DNA of 64,000 nucleotides. Origin: Patescibacteria group bacterium. GTDB lineage: Bacteria > Patescibacteriota > Microgenomatia > 2-02-FULL-39-11. The stretch spans positions 11,576 through 75,575 of the forward strand of contig JAMCUI010000013.1 of NCBI GenBank assembly GCA_023379265.1, in the 5' to 3' direction. Shown here piece after piece: positions 9,455-18,361 of this stretch; the stretch's first letter is position 1; the number at the start of each line of letters is the position of its first letter. Under the pieces are notes generated by a model. The model did not search any database, was not told where the DNA came from, and saw nothing but the letters and a program-made list of their open reading frames with translations. Both the position numbers and the translations under genes were made by a program.

Positions 9455-10141
9455 TTACTTCTTACTTTTCGACAGTGATGATTCATCTATTTTCTTTATT
9501 ATCCCGGCAATTATCTTATCAGCATGGTCGCGTCCCCCAAGTCCGAATGCCAGTCCAAAAGCCAAAGACAGCATGGCTACAATCCCTGTGAATAAAATTT
9601 TAACCAGGTCCGCTGCCACGCCCAGTTGGGACAGGATTATCAGTGCCGTAAAAAATATCACTGAATACCTGGCGACATTCCCCAAAATCATGGCTTCCTT
9701 ACTCCCCAATCCCCTCAGACTATGTCGCACAACGTCAGACAATAACTTGGCTGTGACTAGACCGATCCAGCCGATGACTACAGCAACAAATACGTTTGGC
9801 AGGAAGATAAGCAACTGATTTAGTACATCCCCCACTTTTGGTACTCCCCATGTCTCTACAGCCGACGTCAGGAAAAGGAATATCACAGTCCAGCGTACCA
9901 GTTCTGCCAGGAGATTTGGCCAGACTTGCACGTCTTCTTTCTTGACTATCCCCGCAGTTTCCAGCCATTTCTCAATATGGAAATACCGGAATATAATTTT
10001 TATTATATCTTTCAAAAGGGAAGCTATCACAAGACCGATAAAAATGATAAGAAGGCCGGCAATAAACTTTGGCAGGTATCCTGAAATAAGGAGACCTGCA
10101 GAGCTGACGAAATTATTCAGTGTATCAGTGATGATATTCAT
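9455..10141 (-). CDS. integral membrane protein (conserved TM-helix repeat, MscS-associated type)
   Basis: Several predicted TM helices and a K-rich C-terminus. Confidence 0.45.
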   Translation of the reverse strand: MNIITDTLNNFVSSAGLLISGYLPKFIAGLLIIFIGLVIASLLKDIIKIIFRYFHIEKWLETAGIVKKEDVQVWPNLLAELVRWTVIFLFLTSAVETWGVPKVGDVLNQLLIFLPNVFVAVVIGWIGLVTAKLLSDVVRHSLRGLGSKEAMILGNVARYSVIFFTALIILSQLGVAADLVKILFTGIVAMLSLAFGLAFGLGGRDHADKIIAGIIKKIDESSLSKSKK

Positions 10142-10145
10142 AAAG

Positions 10146-11018
10146 TTACCTCCCTTTCATAAACTTTATAACGTCCTCATACCTATATTGTAGCTCTTTA
10201 GCACTGAAGCGTAAAGACATGGCTGCAGCGGCATTGGCAAACACTGCTGAGTAAACTTCATCCCTGGTCCTTACATACATAAAAGCATAAGCTGCGGCAA
10301 AAACATCTCCGGCTCCTGTTGAGTCAACCGACTTATAGACCTTAAAGGCTGCGGTGTCTTTAACTTTCCCCTCACTATATATGGTACTGCCTTTCTCAGC
10401 TCTCGTGACTATGCTTATTCTCCCATCCCTACCCCATCTGGCCGCAATCTCATCTATATCCTCATAATCTTCTTCTGATACGACTATAAGGTCAAACATT
10501 TGTACCATCTTTCCCTCCCCAATCCATTTTCTTTTCGCAACCCTGCCTGAAGACAAGACTTTCCTGAAAAATCCTTGCGCCAGAAGAACAAAATAGGCAT
10601 TGCCGGAAATTTCCTTCCATTTGGATATTTGCCTATACGTGAGGTTATTTAGTATCGGGGCGACCATCACTATTTTTTTCTCCGAAAAAAGGCTATCAGG
10701 AATTCCATAAATACTGTCAAAACCTGCACTAGGCAGGTTTTGGACAAACTGTTCCCTTTTCTTATCGGAAAGTAAAACATTACGGAAAATGAGCGTCTCA
10801 AGTGAAGTAGGAGATTGGGGATATAAAGATATATTTTCCAATACCGACTTGTCGAAATCTTTGCCAAATGGAGAAACTACTGCTGTAGGAAAATTTAGGT
10901 TCCGTAGTGTCCTTGCGCAAAAAAATGCCGATCCACCAGGAGAGATCGTCTTCCCTCTCTCAGTCAAATTATGATCTATGGTCAGGTTTCCCAATATGAG
11001 CGCTTTTTCTTTGGTCAT
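10146..11018 (-). CDS. PfkB-family carbohydrate kinase (ribokinase-like)
   Basis: C-terminal DSTGAGDVFAAAYA matches the PfkB DTxGAGD signature. 290 aa. Confidence 0.7.
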   Translation of the reverse strand: MTKEKALILGNLTIDHNLTERGKTISPGGSAFFCARTLRNLNFPTAVVSPFGKDFDKSVLENISLYPQSPTSLETLIFRNVLLSDKKREQFVQNLPSAGFDSIYGIPDSLFSEKKIVMVAPILNNLTYRQISKWKEISGNAYFVLLAQGFFRKVLSSGRVAKRKWIGEGKMVQMFDLIVVSEEDYEDIDEIAARWGRDGRISIVTRAEKGSTIYSEGKVKDTAAFKVYKSVDSTGAGDVFAAAYAFMYVRTRDEVYSAVFANAAAAMSLRFSAKELQYRYEDVIKFMKGR

Positions 11019-11023
11019 AGATA

Positions 11024-11428
11024 CTAAAACATGGAAATATTTTCATAATGTTTTATGCTTGGATGAAAAGAGGCACTAAGGTTTACGGCAATTAAGTCAA
11101 TCCGTAGGCTATCAGGAAGGCGGGGATGGTAGAGTTTGTAAAATTGCGCTGATTTTACCAGATTTCGCAGTTTGTAAGAGGTTATGGAGTCTTCGGGCGA
11201 TCCGAAAGATGTACCGGTACGCGTTTTTACCTCCACAAATACAAGAGTTTTTTCTTTTAGGGCTACGATATCAATATCACCGTACTGCTTGCGGAAATTT
11301 CGTTCTATTATGAGGTATCCCTTTTTTTTGAGGTATAATTCAGCCTCGTCTTCGCCTATTTTCCCTATTTTGAGGTTATTTTTTGGTTTCATTTGCCAAA
11401 GATGCGCTTGACTCGGGCCTCTCTTCAT
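11024..11428 (-). CDS. yraN: YraN-family endonuclease (UPF0102)
   Basis: [22 protein letters not shown] ... DIDIVA ... VFVEVKTR core. The ORF N-terminus overlaps rplS by about 50 nt, so the true start is probably later or non-ATG. Confidence 0.6.
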   Translation of the reverse strand: MKRGPSQAHLWQMKPKNNLKIGKIGEDEAELYLKKKGYLIIERNFRKQYGDIDIVALKEKTLVFVEVKTRTGTSFGSPEDSITSYKLRNLVKSAQFYKLYHPRLPDSLRIDLIAVNLSASFHPSIKHYENISMF

Positions 11429-11837
11429 TCTTTTTAGTTTCTTTTGTATCTTCTTTTTCAGGCAATACCTTACCTCTTTCTTCGAGCTGTTCAGCTTTTT
11501 TCCCTACTTTGCCTCTGAGATAATATAGCTTGGCGCGCCTGACTTTTCCTCTTTTCTCTACAGTGATTTTCTTTATCCACGGTGATGAAAGCGGAAACAC
11601 CCTCTCCACTCCTATTCCTCCGGCTCCAATCCTACGGACTGTAAAACTGCGGTTTTCGGCTACACCCCTTATTGCTATCACTATCCCCTCAAAGATTTGA
11701 ATTCTTTCCCTTACTTCTTCTTTGACTTCCTTTTTTGTCTTGCCGGAAACCTTCTCTTTTTCGATCAGCTTATAATGTACTTTTATGGTGTCGCCGACGT
11801 TGAATTTTCTGTTTTCGTGTAGGGCCTGATTTGCCAT
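11376..11837 (-). CDS. rplS: 50S ribosomal protein L19 with K/E-rich C-terminal extension
   Basis: [15 protein letters not shown] ... [13 protein letters not shown] ... FTVRRI ... [11 protein letters not shown] ... RRAKLYYLR is colinear with bL19. There are about 40 extra charged residues at the C-terminus. Confidence 0.85.
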   Translation of the reverse strand: MANQALHENRKFNVGDTIKVHYKLIEKEKVSGKTKKEVKEEVRERIQIFEGIVIAIRGVAENRSFTVRRIGAGGIGVERVFPLSSPWIKKITVEKRGKVRRAKLYYLRGKVGKKAEQLEERGKVLPEKEDTKETKKNEERPESSASLANETKK

Positions 11838-11930
11838 ATTGGAGGATTTTATCAGAAAGACGAATGAATTACAACCTCTTTATACGTCTCATCGGGAACC
11901 GGTTTAATTGCTTATCAGGTTATTTTGCAC

Positions 11931-12512
11931 TCAAATAAGTTTCAATACATTCCACCATGCCTCTATATACTCAGCTCTCCTGTTCTGGTATTTCAGGTAA
12001 TAAGCATGTTCCCACACATCAAGCCCAATTATGGGTTTGTGGCCTTTACCTGTGGGCGAATCCTGATTGGGCAGGGAGTAAATCTCCAGCTTGTTTTCAG
12101 TATTGCGGACAAGCCACGCCCAGCCGCTGCCAAAACGCGATATCGCAACCTGCGTGAATGTCTTTTTGAATTCATCAATTGATCCGAATTCCTTTTTCAG
12201 TTCATCGACCAAAACTTCATCAATTTCCTTTTTTGGCGCCATGATATCCCAATAAAGGCTGTGGTTTACCGCCCCGCCCGCGTTATTTATAAATGCCTGC
12301 TTATCCTTTTCATCAAACGGGGTCCGTGAGAGATTTGCCAGGAGACTCTCAACTGATTTTTCCAGGAGATCAGGATACTTTTCCATTAGAGTATTTACAT
12401 TATTTATATATGCCACATGATGTTTCCCGTAATGCACCTCCATTGTCTTTGTGTCGATATACGGCTCCAGAGCATCGAATGCATACGCCAAAGATTTTTG
12501 TGTATATTTCAT
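11931..12512 (-). CDS. sodA: Fe/Mn superoxide dismutase
   Basis: LPYAFDALEPYID..TMEVHYGKHH and the C-terminal DVWEHAYYLKYQNRR motif. AGGAGG lies 8 nt upstream of the ATG. Confidence 0.9.
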   Translation of the reverse strand: MKYTQKSLAYAFDALEPYIDTKTMEVHYGKHHVAYINNVNTLMEKYPDLLEKSVESLLANLSRTPFDEKDKQAFINNAGGAVNHSLYWDIMAPKKEIDEVLVDELKKEFGSIDEFKKTFTQVAISRFGSGWAWLVRNTENKLEIYSLPNQDSPTGKGHKPIIGLDVWEHAYYLKYQNRRAEYIEAWWNVLKLI

Positions 12513-12578
12513 AATTAATCCTCCTCTAAACTAGTATATTTCTGGTAACAGTTAATGTCAATAACAATTTTGTAACCC

Positions 12579-12607
12579 TTGACAACATATTCTAATCAGG
12601 TTAGTAT
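12579..12607 (+). promoter_or_regulatory. near-consensus sigma70 promoter (TTGACA-N17-TAGTAT)
   Basis: Exact TTGACA at 12579-12584, a 17-nt spacer and TAGTAT at 12602-12607. It lies about 20 nt upstream of the ATG at 12629. Confidence 0.45.
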
Positions 12608-12628
12608 CTTTTGAAATAGAATTCAAAA

Positions 12629-13030
12629 ATGCCTATGATTCTTGAAGCCAAAGGAAGTCAAAGAATATCTTCCGCCTCCCGCCAACCAAATGCAGAAATC
12701 CTCTTTCCGGAAATCAGTACAAAGAATGACATTCCTACTGGAGAAGGTATGCTCGGAAGGAAAATACGTGAAACAGTGCTTTTTGTTGCTTCGCTGCCTT
12801 TCACAACCAATACAAATGGTTTGCACATCACAGGAAGAGATAGGAGACGACAGGATAATGGACTTAAAAGACTTAACCCACAATTGGCTGGAGCTCTTGA
12901 TACGATACGATCTGCAAAAAGAGGTGATCCTACAGCAAAGGAGATTGTGAAGAAAGCTAAAGGGGCAAAAAAACTAAGGAGACGTGCACTTGAGTTTACC
13001 CGTCTTTTCCAAAACGGAGATGGGCACTAA
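12629..13030 (+). CDS. hypothetical small basic protein
   Basis: 133-aa ORF downstream of a strong promoter-like motif, with an R/K-rich C-terminus. An antisense ORF at 12623-12883 competes with it. Low confidence that either is real. Confidence 0.25.
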   Translation: MPMILEAKGSQRISSASRQPNAEILFPEISTKNDIPTGEGMLGRKIRETVLFVASLPFTTNTNGLHITGRDRRRQDNGLKRLNPQLAGALDTIRSAKRGDPTAKEIVKKAKGAKKLRRRALEFTRLFQNGDGH

Positions 13031-13175
13031 ATTTTCCTCCCCGTGTTTGGAACCACCTAATTTGTGAACCAACCTTCCCTAGAACCGAACACCCTTTATA
13101 ACTATTTGACTAGAGTTTACTATACTTTCCGTCAATTTAATATTCAAGTTCCTGCGTACGCATACGTAAACAATA

Positions 13176-13733
13176 ATGTCTAATTATCCTTTGTCTATTA
13201 AGTTACAGGAATTAGGTTCAGTATATCTTCAACGTGTTAAATGCGGCAAGATTAACTGTCATTGTAACGATGGGAGGTTACATAAAGCATATTATCACTA
13301 TTATCGTCAACCTGATGAGTTTGGTGTAGTTAGAATGGTTAAAAAATACATCAGAAGGTCAGATGTCAGAAAGATTAAAGCATGGATGCAGTACCAAAAG
13401 AACAAACGATTTCTTATTAAATTAGATGGCGCATGGTTTCAATATTCTGGTGAGGATATACCTACTTTACCACCAAAGTTTGAACTGTTGAAGCGAATAC
13501 ACATTATAAGAAAAAAGGCACTAAAGGAGAAAAAAAGATTAAATGAGCAAATATACAGGCAAATGTATGGAGAAAATTACCGAGAGGGACAATTAGCAGA
13601 AAAAAGGTTAAGTAGGATACTAAATAAAAAAAATATTGTTCCTGAATTATTTAACATTGAAGTTGATAAATTGGTTAAGGAATTAAACGAATATACGAAC
13701 TCACGCACGTCAAATCTACTATCTCCTCATTAG
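13176..13733 (+). CDS. DUF6788-like protein (CGKxNCxC zinc motif)
   Basis: LQRVKCGKINCHCNDGRLHKAYYHYY resembles the DUF6788 signature (C-G-K-x-N-C-x-C ... HGPY.Y), recalled from memory. Confidence 0.45.
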   Translation: MSNYPLSIKLQELGSVYLQRVKCGKINCHCNDGRLHKAYYHYYRQPDEFGVVRMVKKYIRRSDVRKIKAWMQYQKNKRFLIKLDGAWFQYSGEDIPTLPPKFELLKRIHIIRKKALKEKKRLNEQIYRQMYGENYREGQLAEKRLSRILNKKNIVPELFNIEVDKLVKELNEYTNSRTSNLLSPH

Positions 13734-13987
13734 CGTCTTAAAATGCGCGGCGAGTGTCCGATGTTTATTTAAAATAAGATATTTAGCACGTTCTGTCGGT
13801 TCAATATAAGAAATATGTGATAAATGTTGAATGATGGGATTTCTAGGACAATCTAGGAGCGTTATTTCCGTTACATAAGATTTTTTAACAGTTTAGATTA
13901 CTAAGATAAGATTATCTCTTATTAAAATAATCAGAAATAGCCTCAAATCAGTCTTCTTAACGCACTAGAAAAAATGTCTCATCTTAA

Positions 13988-14596
13988 TCATACGCTGAAT
14001 TGAAGAAAATTGATTGTTCGTGCTCTATTGAAAAAACTTCTTCGTAAATCTCTATTATGTGGATTTCTTACCTCTGTAAGATACTGTTCAACCGCTCTTC
14101 TAAAATCCAGCCAATATTTTGGGTCAATAAAGCGCCATACTCCTTTATTATGCTCCCAGCTATGTATTACTCCGGCAATACATCTAATATTTTGGCCATT
14201 AATATTTATTAACAAATTATCAATCTGATTATCAGTCAAATCTTGGCCTCCACCATGATTATAAACAATAAACTTTTTCCGTTTTATTGCATATTCGTGA
14301 GTTAAACCGCATCGTAAATCGTCGTATACTATATGAGGATTATTACGCCTTCTACCATTAAATCTACGTAATAACAAACGGTACTCTTCGCCCATTCTAG
14401 AAAAAAATGAATCAAATCTTTCACCTGAGTTACCATTAGGAAGAATAAACGAACCAATTACCTCTGAATAATTTAATAATCCTTGAGCAACTAGGAAATT
14501 AGCTTTTGCTTGAAACATTGCCCTTTTCGTATCTTCGCTCATCCAGCGTACCATTGTTTCAAACTTACGGATAAGCTCATCATTTGTTTGTTTCAT
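13988..14596 (-). CDS. hypothetical protein with an Rx4HxY (HEPN-like) motif; 4th gene of the RM-linked cassette
   Basis: 202-aa ORF lying 1 nt downstream of the preceding gene. LRCGLTHEY fits R-x4-H-x-Y. No other family recognised. Confidence 0.45.
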   Translation of the reverse strand: MKQTNDELIRKFETMVRWMSEDTKRAMFQAKANFLVAQGLLNYSEVIGSFILPNGNSGERFDSFFSRMGEEYRLLLRRFNGRRRNNPHIVYDDLRCGLTHEYAIKRKKFIVYNHGGGQDLTDNQIDNLLININGQNIRCIAGVIHSWEHNKGVWRFIDPKYWLDFRRAVEQYLTEVRNPHNRDLRRSFFNRARTINFLQFSV

Positions 14597-14597
14597 G

Positions 14598-15488
14598 TCA
14601 AGTTTTTTTATTTAATCCCTCAACAGTTGTTAAATATCGTTTAGCAATATCATCAAGTCTTTTATCAAATCCGAACTCAAATAATTTATCACACTCACCA
14701 ATTAAAGAATAATAGAAATCAAATACTGCTACCAAATTATTTTCAATCCAGTTTAACCCTGGACCAACCATGATATTTAGACCTAAACCACTATCTTTCA
14801 CATACTCATTAATTACTCGTACAGCCGTATGAGCAATCTGTGACTGTAAAGCATAAATTGTTCTGTAATTTCCTATACGTCCTATTTCCAAAGCCATATC
14901 ATAAATCGTTTTATCAGACCAACCAAACCTTTTATATTTATATTTCTCCTGAACCTCTTTTGCCATTTTAGTAACCTCTTCTATATTTGTATCTCCTGGT
15001 TGAGGACTAATTACTCTTCCTTCTATTTCTTTTAATATTTCCGGTTTTGTTTTTGCATAATCAAACATCTTTTTACGCAAAACCCAATCATAAGCAAAAT
15101 AGCGATTAATTCGGTAATCTGTTTTGTCTTTCAAGATGTACTGTAGAGTAACTAGTAATTCAAAAAGTGAACGTACTAGGATTGCTGCATCTTCTCCATA
15201 ACCTTCAGAGCATAAAATTAATACAGCCTCATGTGTTTTATACGCTTTACCTAGTGTAAAAGATGTATAAGCTTTCTTTGGAGTATCTGCATTGCATTTC
15301 TTCTTAAAAATATCATCAACAACGCCCTTTAGTTCTCTATTAAATCCAAACAGATTACTATACTCTTTATCAATGACTATCTTTATATCTTTTTCTGGTA
15401 GGAGTATTTGTTGATTTTTCGTTAAGCAGCATTTTTTATATTTTTTACCACTACCACAACGACAAGTGTCATTTCTACCAATTTTCAT
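14598..15488 (-). CDS. SEC-C motif protein with a C-terminal alpha-helical domain of unknown function (DUF5677-like?)
   Basis: N-terminal RNDTCRCGSGKKYKKCC is a canonical SEC-C zinc-binding motif. The remaining roughly 270 aa are unassigned. Confidence 0.55.
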   Translation of the reverse strand: MKIGRNDTCRCGSGKKYKKCCLTKNQQILLPEKDIKIVIDKEYSNLFGFNRELKGVVDDIFKKKCNADTPKKAYTSFTLGKAYKTHEAVLILCSEGYGEDAAILVRSLFELLVTLQYILKDKTDYRINRYFAYDWVLRKKMFDYAKTKPEILKEIEGRVISPQPGDTNIEEVTKMAKEVQEKYKYKRFGWSDKTIYDMALEIGRIGNYRTIYALQSQIAHTAVRVINEYVKDSGLGLNIMVGPGLNWIENNLVAVFDFYYSLIGECDKLFEFGFDKRLDDIAKRYLTTVEGLNKKT

Positions 15489-15493
15489 ATTTA

Positions 15494-16048
15494 TTAAGTA
15501 ATTTTTCCTTCTATGTATTGTTTTGCTACATTACCGAGCCAGACAATACAACGTGTTAGGTCAAATAAAGTTGAAATAAATTGAGTTTTTGTTAGTCCTA
15601 CAGCAAAACCCCAAGCCTCTATTTTCTGTCTTTTTTCTTCATCAGTATGATGATAAAAACCATACATCCAACGTCTTAATATTTCTTTTGGAGGTACTGC
15701 TATTTCGTTTTCAATTAACGACATTGGTGACCTATCTAAGGTATTTTGATAAACCTCACGGGTTTTTCTGATATTATCTTTAATTTGAGTATTAGTGATA
15801 TATCTTTCTAGAATTTCGCTAATCTTTGGAAAGTTAATCTTTTCTCGTGGTGAATAGAAGTTTCTAAAAACTAACAAAAAAGACCTTAATTGCTCTTCGT
15901 CAGGTGTAGTTGTTGTAGCAAGCCCTGTATTACCAGTAATATTTAATTTGAAACTTATTTGGTGTTTACTTTTCAACAAACTACAACTTAATAGTTCTTC
16001 AATTTTAGTTAAAAATAATTCTATTGTTTTTTTATCTTCATTATCCAT
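15494..16048 (-). CDS. hypothetical protein (2nd gene of the RM-linked cassette)
   Basis: 184-aa ORF with 5-6 nt gaps to the genes on either side. Confidence 0.45.
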   Translation of the reverse strand: MDNEDKKTIELFLTKIEELLSCSLLKSKHQISFKLNITGNTGLATTTTPDEEQLRSFLLVFRNFYSPREKINFPKISEILERYITNTQIKDNIRKTREVYQNTLDRSPMSLIENEIAVPPKEILRRWMYGFYHHTDEEKRQKIEAWGFAVGLTKTQFISTLFDLTRCIVWLGNVAKQYIEGKIT

Positions 16049-16054
16049 ATGGTT

Positions 16055-17134
16055 TTATCCCACAGTAGCGATTGGAATATTAGATACTTCCGGTTCTGTT
16101 TCTGATGGAATATTAGTAAGCTCGTTTATTAACTCTTGCTTAGAAGTTTCATCAATTTTGAGTTTTCGTAAGGTCATAGTATCTTTAGTTACTTGAACAA
16201 CATCTATTTCTGTCAATATTTTATCTATAAGACCTCTTTTTTGAGCGTATTGAATATATTCCTTTAGGAATACTTTCCCATATGAGAACTCACCGAATTT
16301 TCTTTTAACAATATTTTCTAGAATAAATAAATTATCCTTTTTGTGAACGATACGAACATTGCGTACATAACTTGCAGCTATAGATTTTTCGTAGAGAATG
16401 TGGACAGGATATTTGAAATCTAATACACCGATAAGCGAGTTCACTTTATTTAAGTAAACTGTGAAGTTATCTAAGGCAATATTAAAGCCTGACCGCTTTG
16501 CAATACTTCGTAGGTTTTTTATTTGTTGTAAATCTTCAAATAATTGGAAGTCTTCTTTCTGAAACCTTGAGAAATTAATTTTCCCTACTAGTTCGTCAAG
16601 TAATACTAATATATTTGCCATAATTTCAGAGTTTTCATACGAAATAAAATTAATTCCATGAGCAAACATCAACCCCTTTGCTCGTTTTTGGAAACCTTTA
16701 AGAGAAAAAATTACTGGGCAATAGTTATAACGTGTATCAAATAAAACGTCATATCTTAGTTGACCAAACTTTTTGGTGTTAATTCTTACATATTGACTGA
16801 CGTCAATAAATGCGCCGAGAAACTCACGAACAATCTTTAATCCAATTGGTTTGTTGTAATTTTTAGCTTCTAAAACTAACATTAAGGGGTTGATAAACGG
16901 AATACCTAGACTAAACTGCTTAAAAAAATCTGGGTCATAGGTAGCTCCTCTTCCGTGTAATTTCTTTTGATTTAATGTGACTTGCATACCAGTTACATCG
17001 GTTGAAAAGCCCGCCTTGATTAATAGTAATTGAAGGATTTTTTCAAATAATTTCCCTTTGATGTATGACTTTGAGCCAGAATATTTAGCTAGTGCTTCTC
17101 CTTTTTGTTTCTTTATGTGTTTTTTCTTAACCAT
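16055..17134 (-). CDS. Mrr-like PD-(D/E)xK nuclease domain fused to an unknown C-terminal domain
   Basis: N-terminal region has GKLFEKILQLLLIKAGF ... YDPDFF ... LMLVLEAKNY, i.e. a D ... E-x-K arrangement like the Mrr catalytic domain. The C-terminal roughly 220 aa are unassigned. Starts 12 nt after the hsdS stop. Confidence 0.5.
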   Translation of the reverse strand: MVKKKHIKKQKGEALAKYSGSKSYIKGKLFEKILQLLLIKAGFSTDVTGMQVTLNQKKLHGRGATYDPDFFKQFSLGIPFINPLMLVLEAKNYNKPIGLKIVREFLGAFIDVSQYVRINTKKFGQLRYDVLFDTRYNYCPVIFSLKGFQKRAKGLMFAHGINFISYENSEIMANILVLLDELVGKINFSRFQKEDFQLFEDLQQIKNLRSIAKRSGFNIALDNFTVYLNKVNSLIGVLDFKYPVHILYEKSIAASYVRNVRIVHKKDNLFILENIVKRKFGEFSYGKVFLKEYIQYAQKRGLIDKILTEIDVVQVTKDTMTLRKLKIDETSKQELINELTNIPSETEPEVSNIPIATVG

Positions 17135-17146
17135 TGTAATTAGCCC

Positions 17147-18361
17147 CTAATTCTTATTAAATGTTTTTGCCAAAATAGCTTGTGTAAGTTTTGATACTCG
17201 TGTTTCTGCGCTTTCAATCTGTTTTTCCGCTTGATTAGCTATACTGAAATATTCCTGAATTATTTTTACAATTTCAATTTGTTCATCATAAGTTGGAAGA
17301 TGTAGTGAAATATTCTTTATCATTTCTTGATTAACTGTATTTTGTCCAGCGCTAGAAACCATATTTTGATTGATATAATTCCTAACTTCATCTAATTGAG
17401 AAAAATATAAGAGGAATGCAGAACTAATATTTGACTTTAATCTAATTCTGATGAAATGGTCACAATAAGCCCAATCGTTTATCTCCCTTATGAGAATAAA
17501 ATTACCAACAATTTGTGGACTACCGTTTACGCGAATAATCAAAATATCTTCTTTATTAAGTTTATATTTCTCTTTTTCTTTCAATGACATTTTAATTTTC
17601 CGAACATGTTCTGTTTGTGTTTCATAGTTCCTTATGTCTGCAAGCCGTAGTACAACCGTTTCTTGACCTTCGTTAGCGTATCTTTTGGATAAACCATTTT
17701 GAAAATTGTTTATAAAGTCACCTAAGATACCCTTTCCCCAATCATCTATTTTTTTATTATTTTTTTCTCGCCAATCTTCTGTGAGTTTTCCAGTAATCGC
17801 AGCAGATAAAATTGCTTGACGAAACTTAGTAATTATGTTTCTAGCTCTACTTATTTTTAATTTGGTTTGCTCAATAAAACTAGTAGCCTTTTTCAAGGTT
17901 GTAGTAATTTTTTCCTGTACCTCTTCACTAGGTAATTTAATCGGGATATTTTTCAATGCGGATTGATTAAGTTTTAGTCTTGTAGTCCCTCCGACAAAAT
18001 CCGTAAAATCAAAATAATCAAGATAATACTTAATAAACCAATTATTAGTCATCCCATTTTTTGCTCGTAATACGTGCGCGTGATTGTTGACCCAACTTCT
18101 TCCGTTTATAAGGTATGCAATGGGTTTAGATTTGTCCAAAAAAGGAGCTCCGTCTTCGCCTACTAAAACTAATTCTTCATTAAATAAAAAGTCATCAATC
18201 CATCCAACCAGACCAGTTGCACCGTAGTAAGGTATCTTACCTTGTCTTTTTTCTCTATCACTAGAATTAACTGGTACTCGTTGGTTATCTAATATATCAA
18301 CGCAGTCTTTTAATAGATAGTTTTTCCACTCGTAATTATTTTCCGTTTTCAAGTTCTGCAT
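17147..18361 (-). CDS. hsdS: Type I restriction-modification specificity subunit HsdS (two target-recognition domains)
   Basis: 404 aa with two TRD-like halves separated by the conserved central helical spacer (ITGKLTEDWREKN) and the C-terminal KLTQAILAKTF helix. Overlaps the hsdM stop. Confidence 0.85.
   Translation of the reverse strand: MQNLKTENNYEWKNYLLKDCVDILDNQRVPVNSSDREKRQGKIPYYGATGLVGWIDDFLFNEELVLVGEDGAPFLDKSKPIAYLINGRSWVNNHAHVLRAKNGMTNNWFIKYYLDYFDFTDFVGGTTRLKLNQSALKNIPIKLPSEEVQEKITTTLKKATSFIEQTKLKISRARNIITKFRQAILSAAITGKLTEDWREKNNKKIDDWGKGILGDFINNFQNGLSKRYANEGQETVVLRLADIRNYETQTEHVRKIKMSLKEKEKYKLNKEDILIIRVNGSPQIVGNFILIREINDWAYCDHFIRIRLKSNISSAFLLYFSQLDEVRNYINQNMVSSAGQNTVNQEMIKNISLHLPTYDEQIEIVKIIQEYFSIANQAEKQIESAETRVSKLTQAILAKTFNKN

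Noticed and set aside
12623-12883. Minus-strand 86-aa ORF overlapping the plus-strand ORF 12629-13030
   Set aside because: Both cannot be real. The strong promoter is oriented for the plus strand. Neither ORF has recognisable homology, so only the plus ORF is listed, at low confidence.
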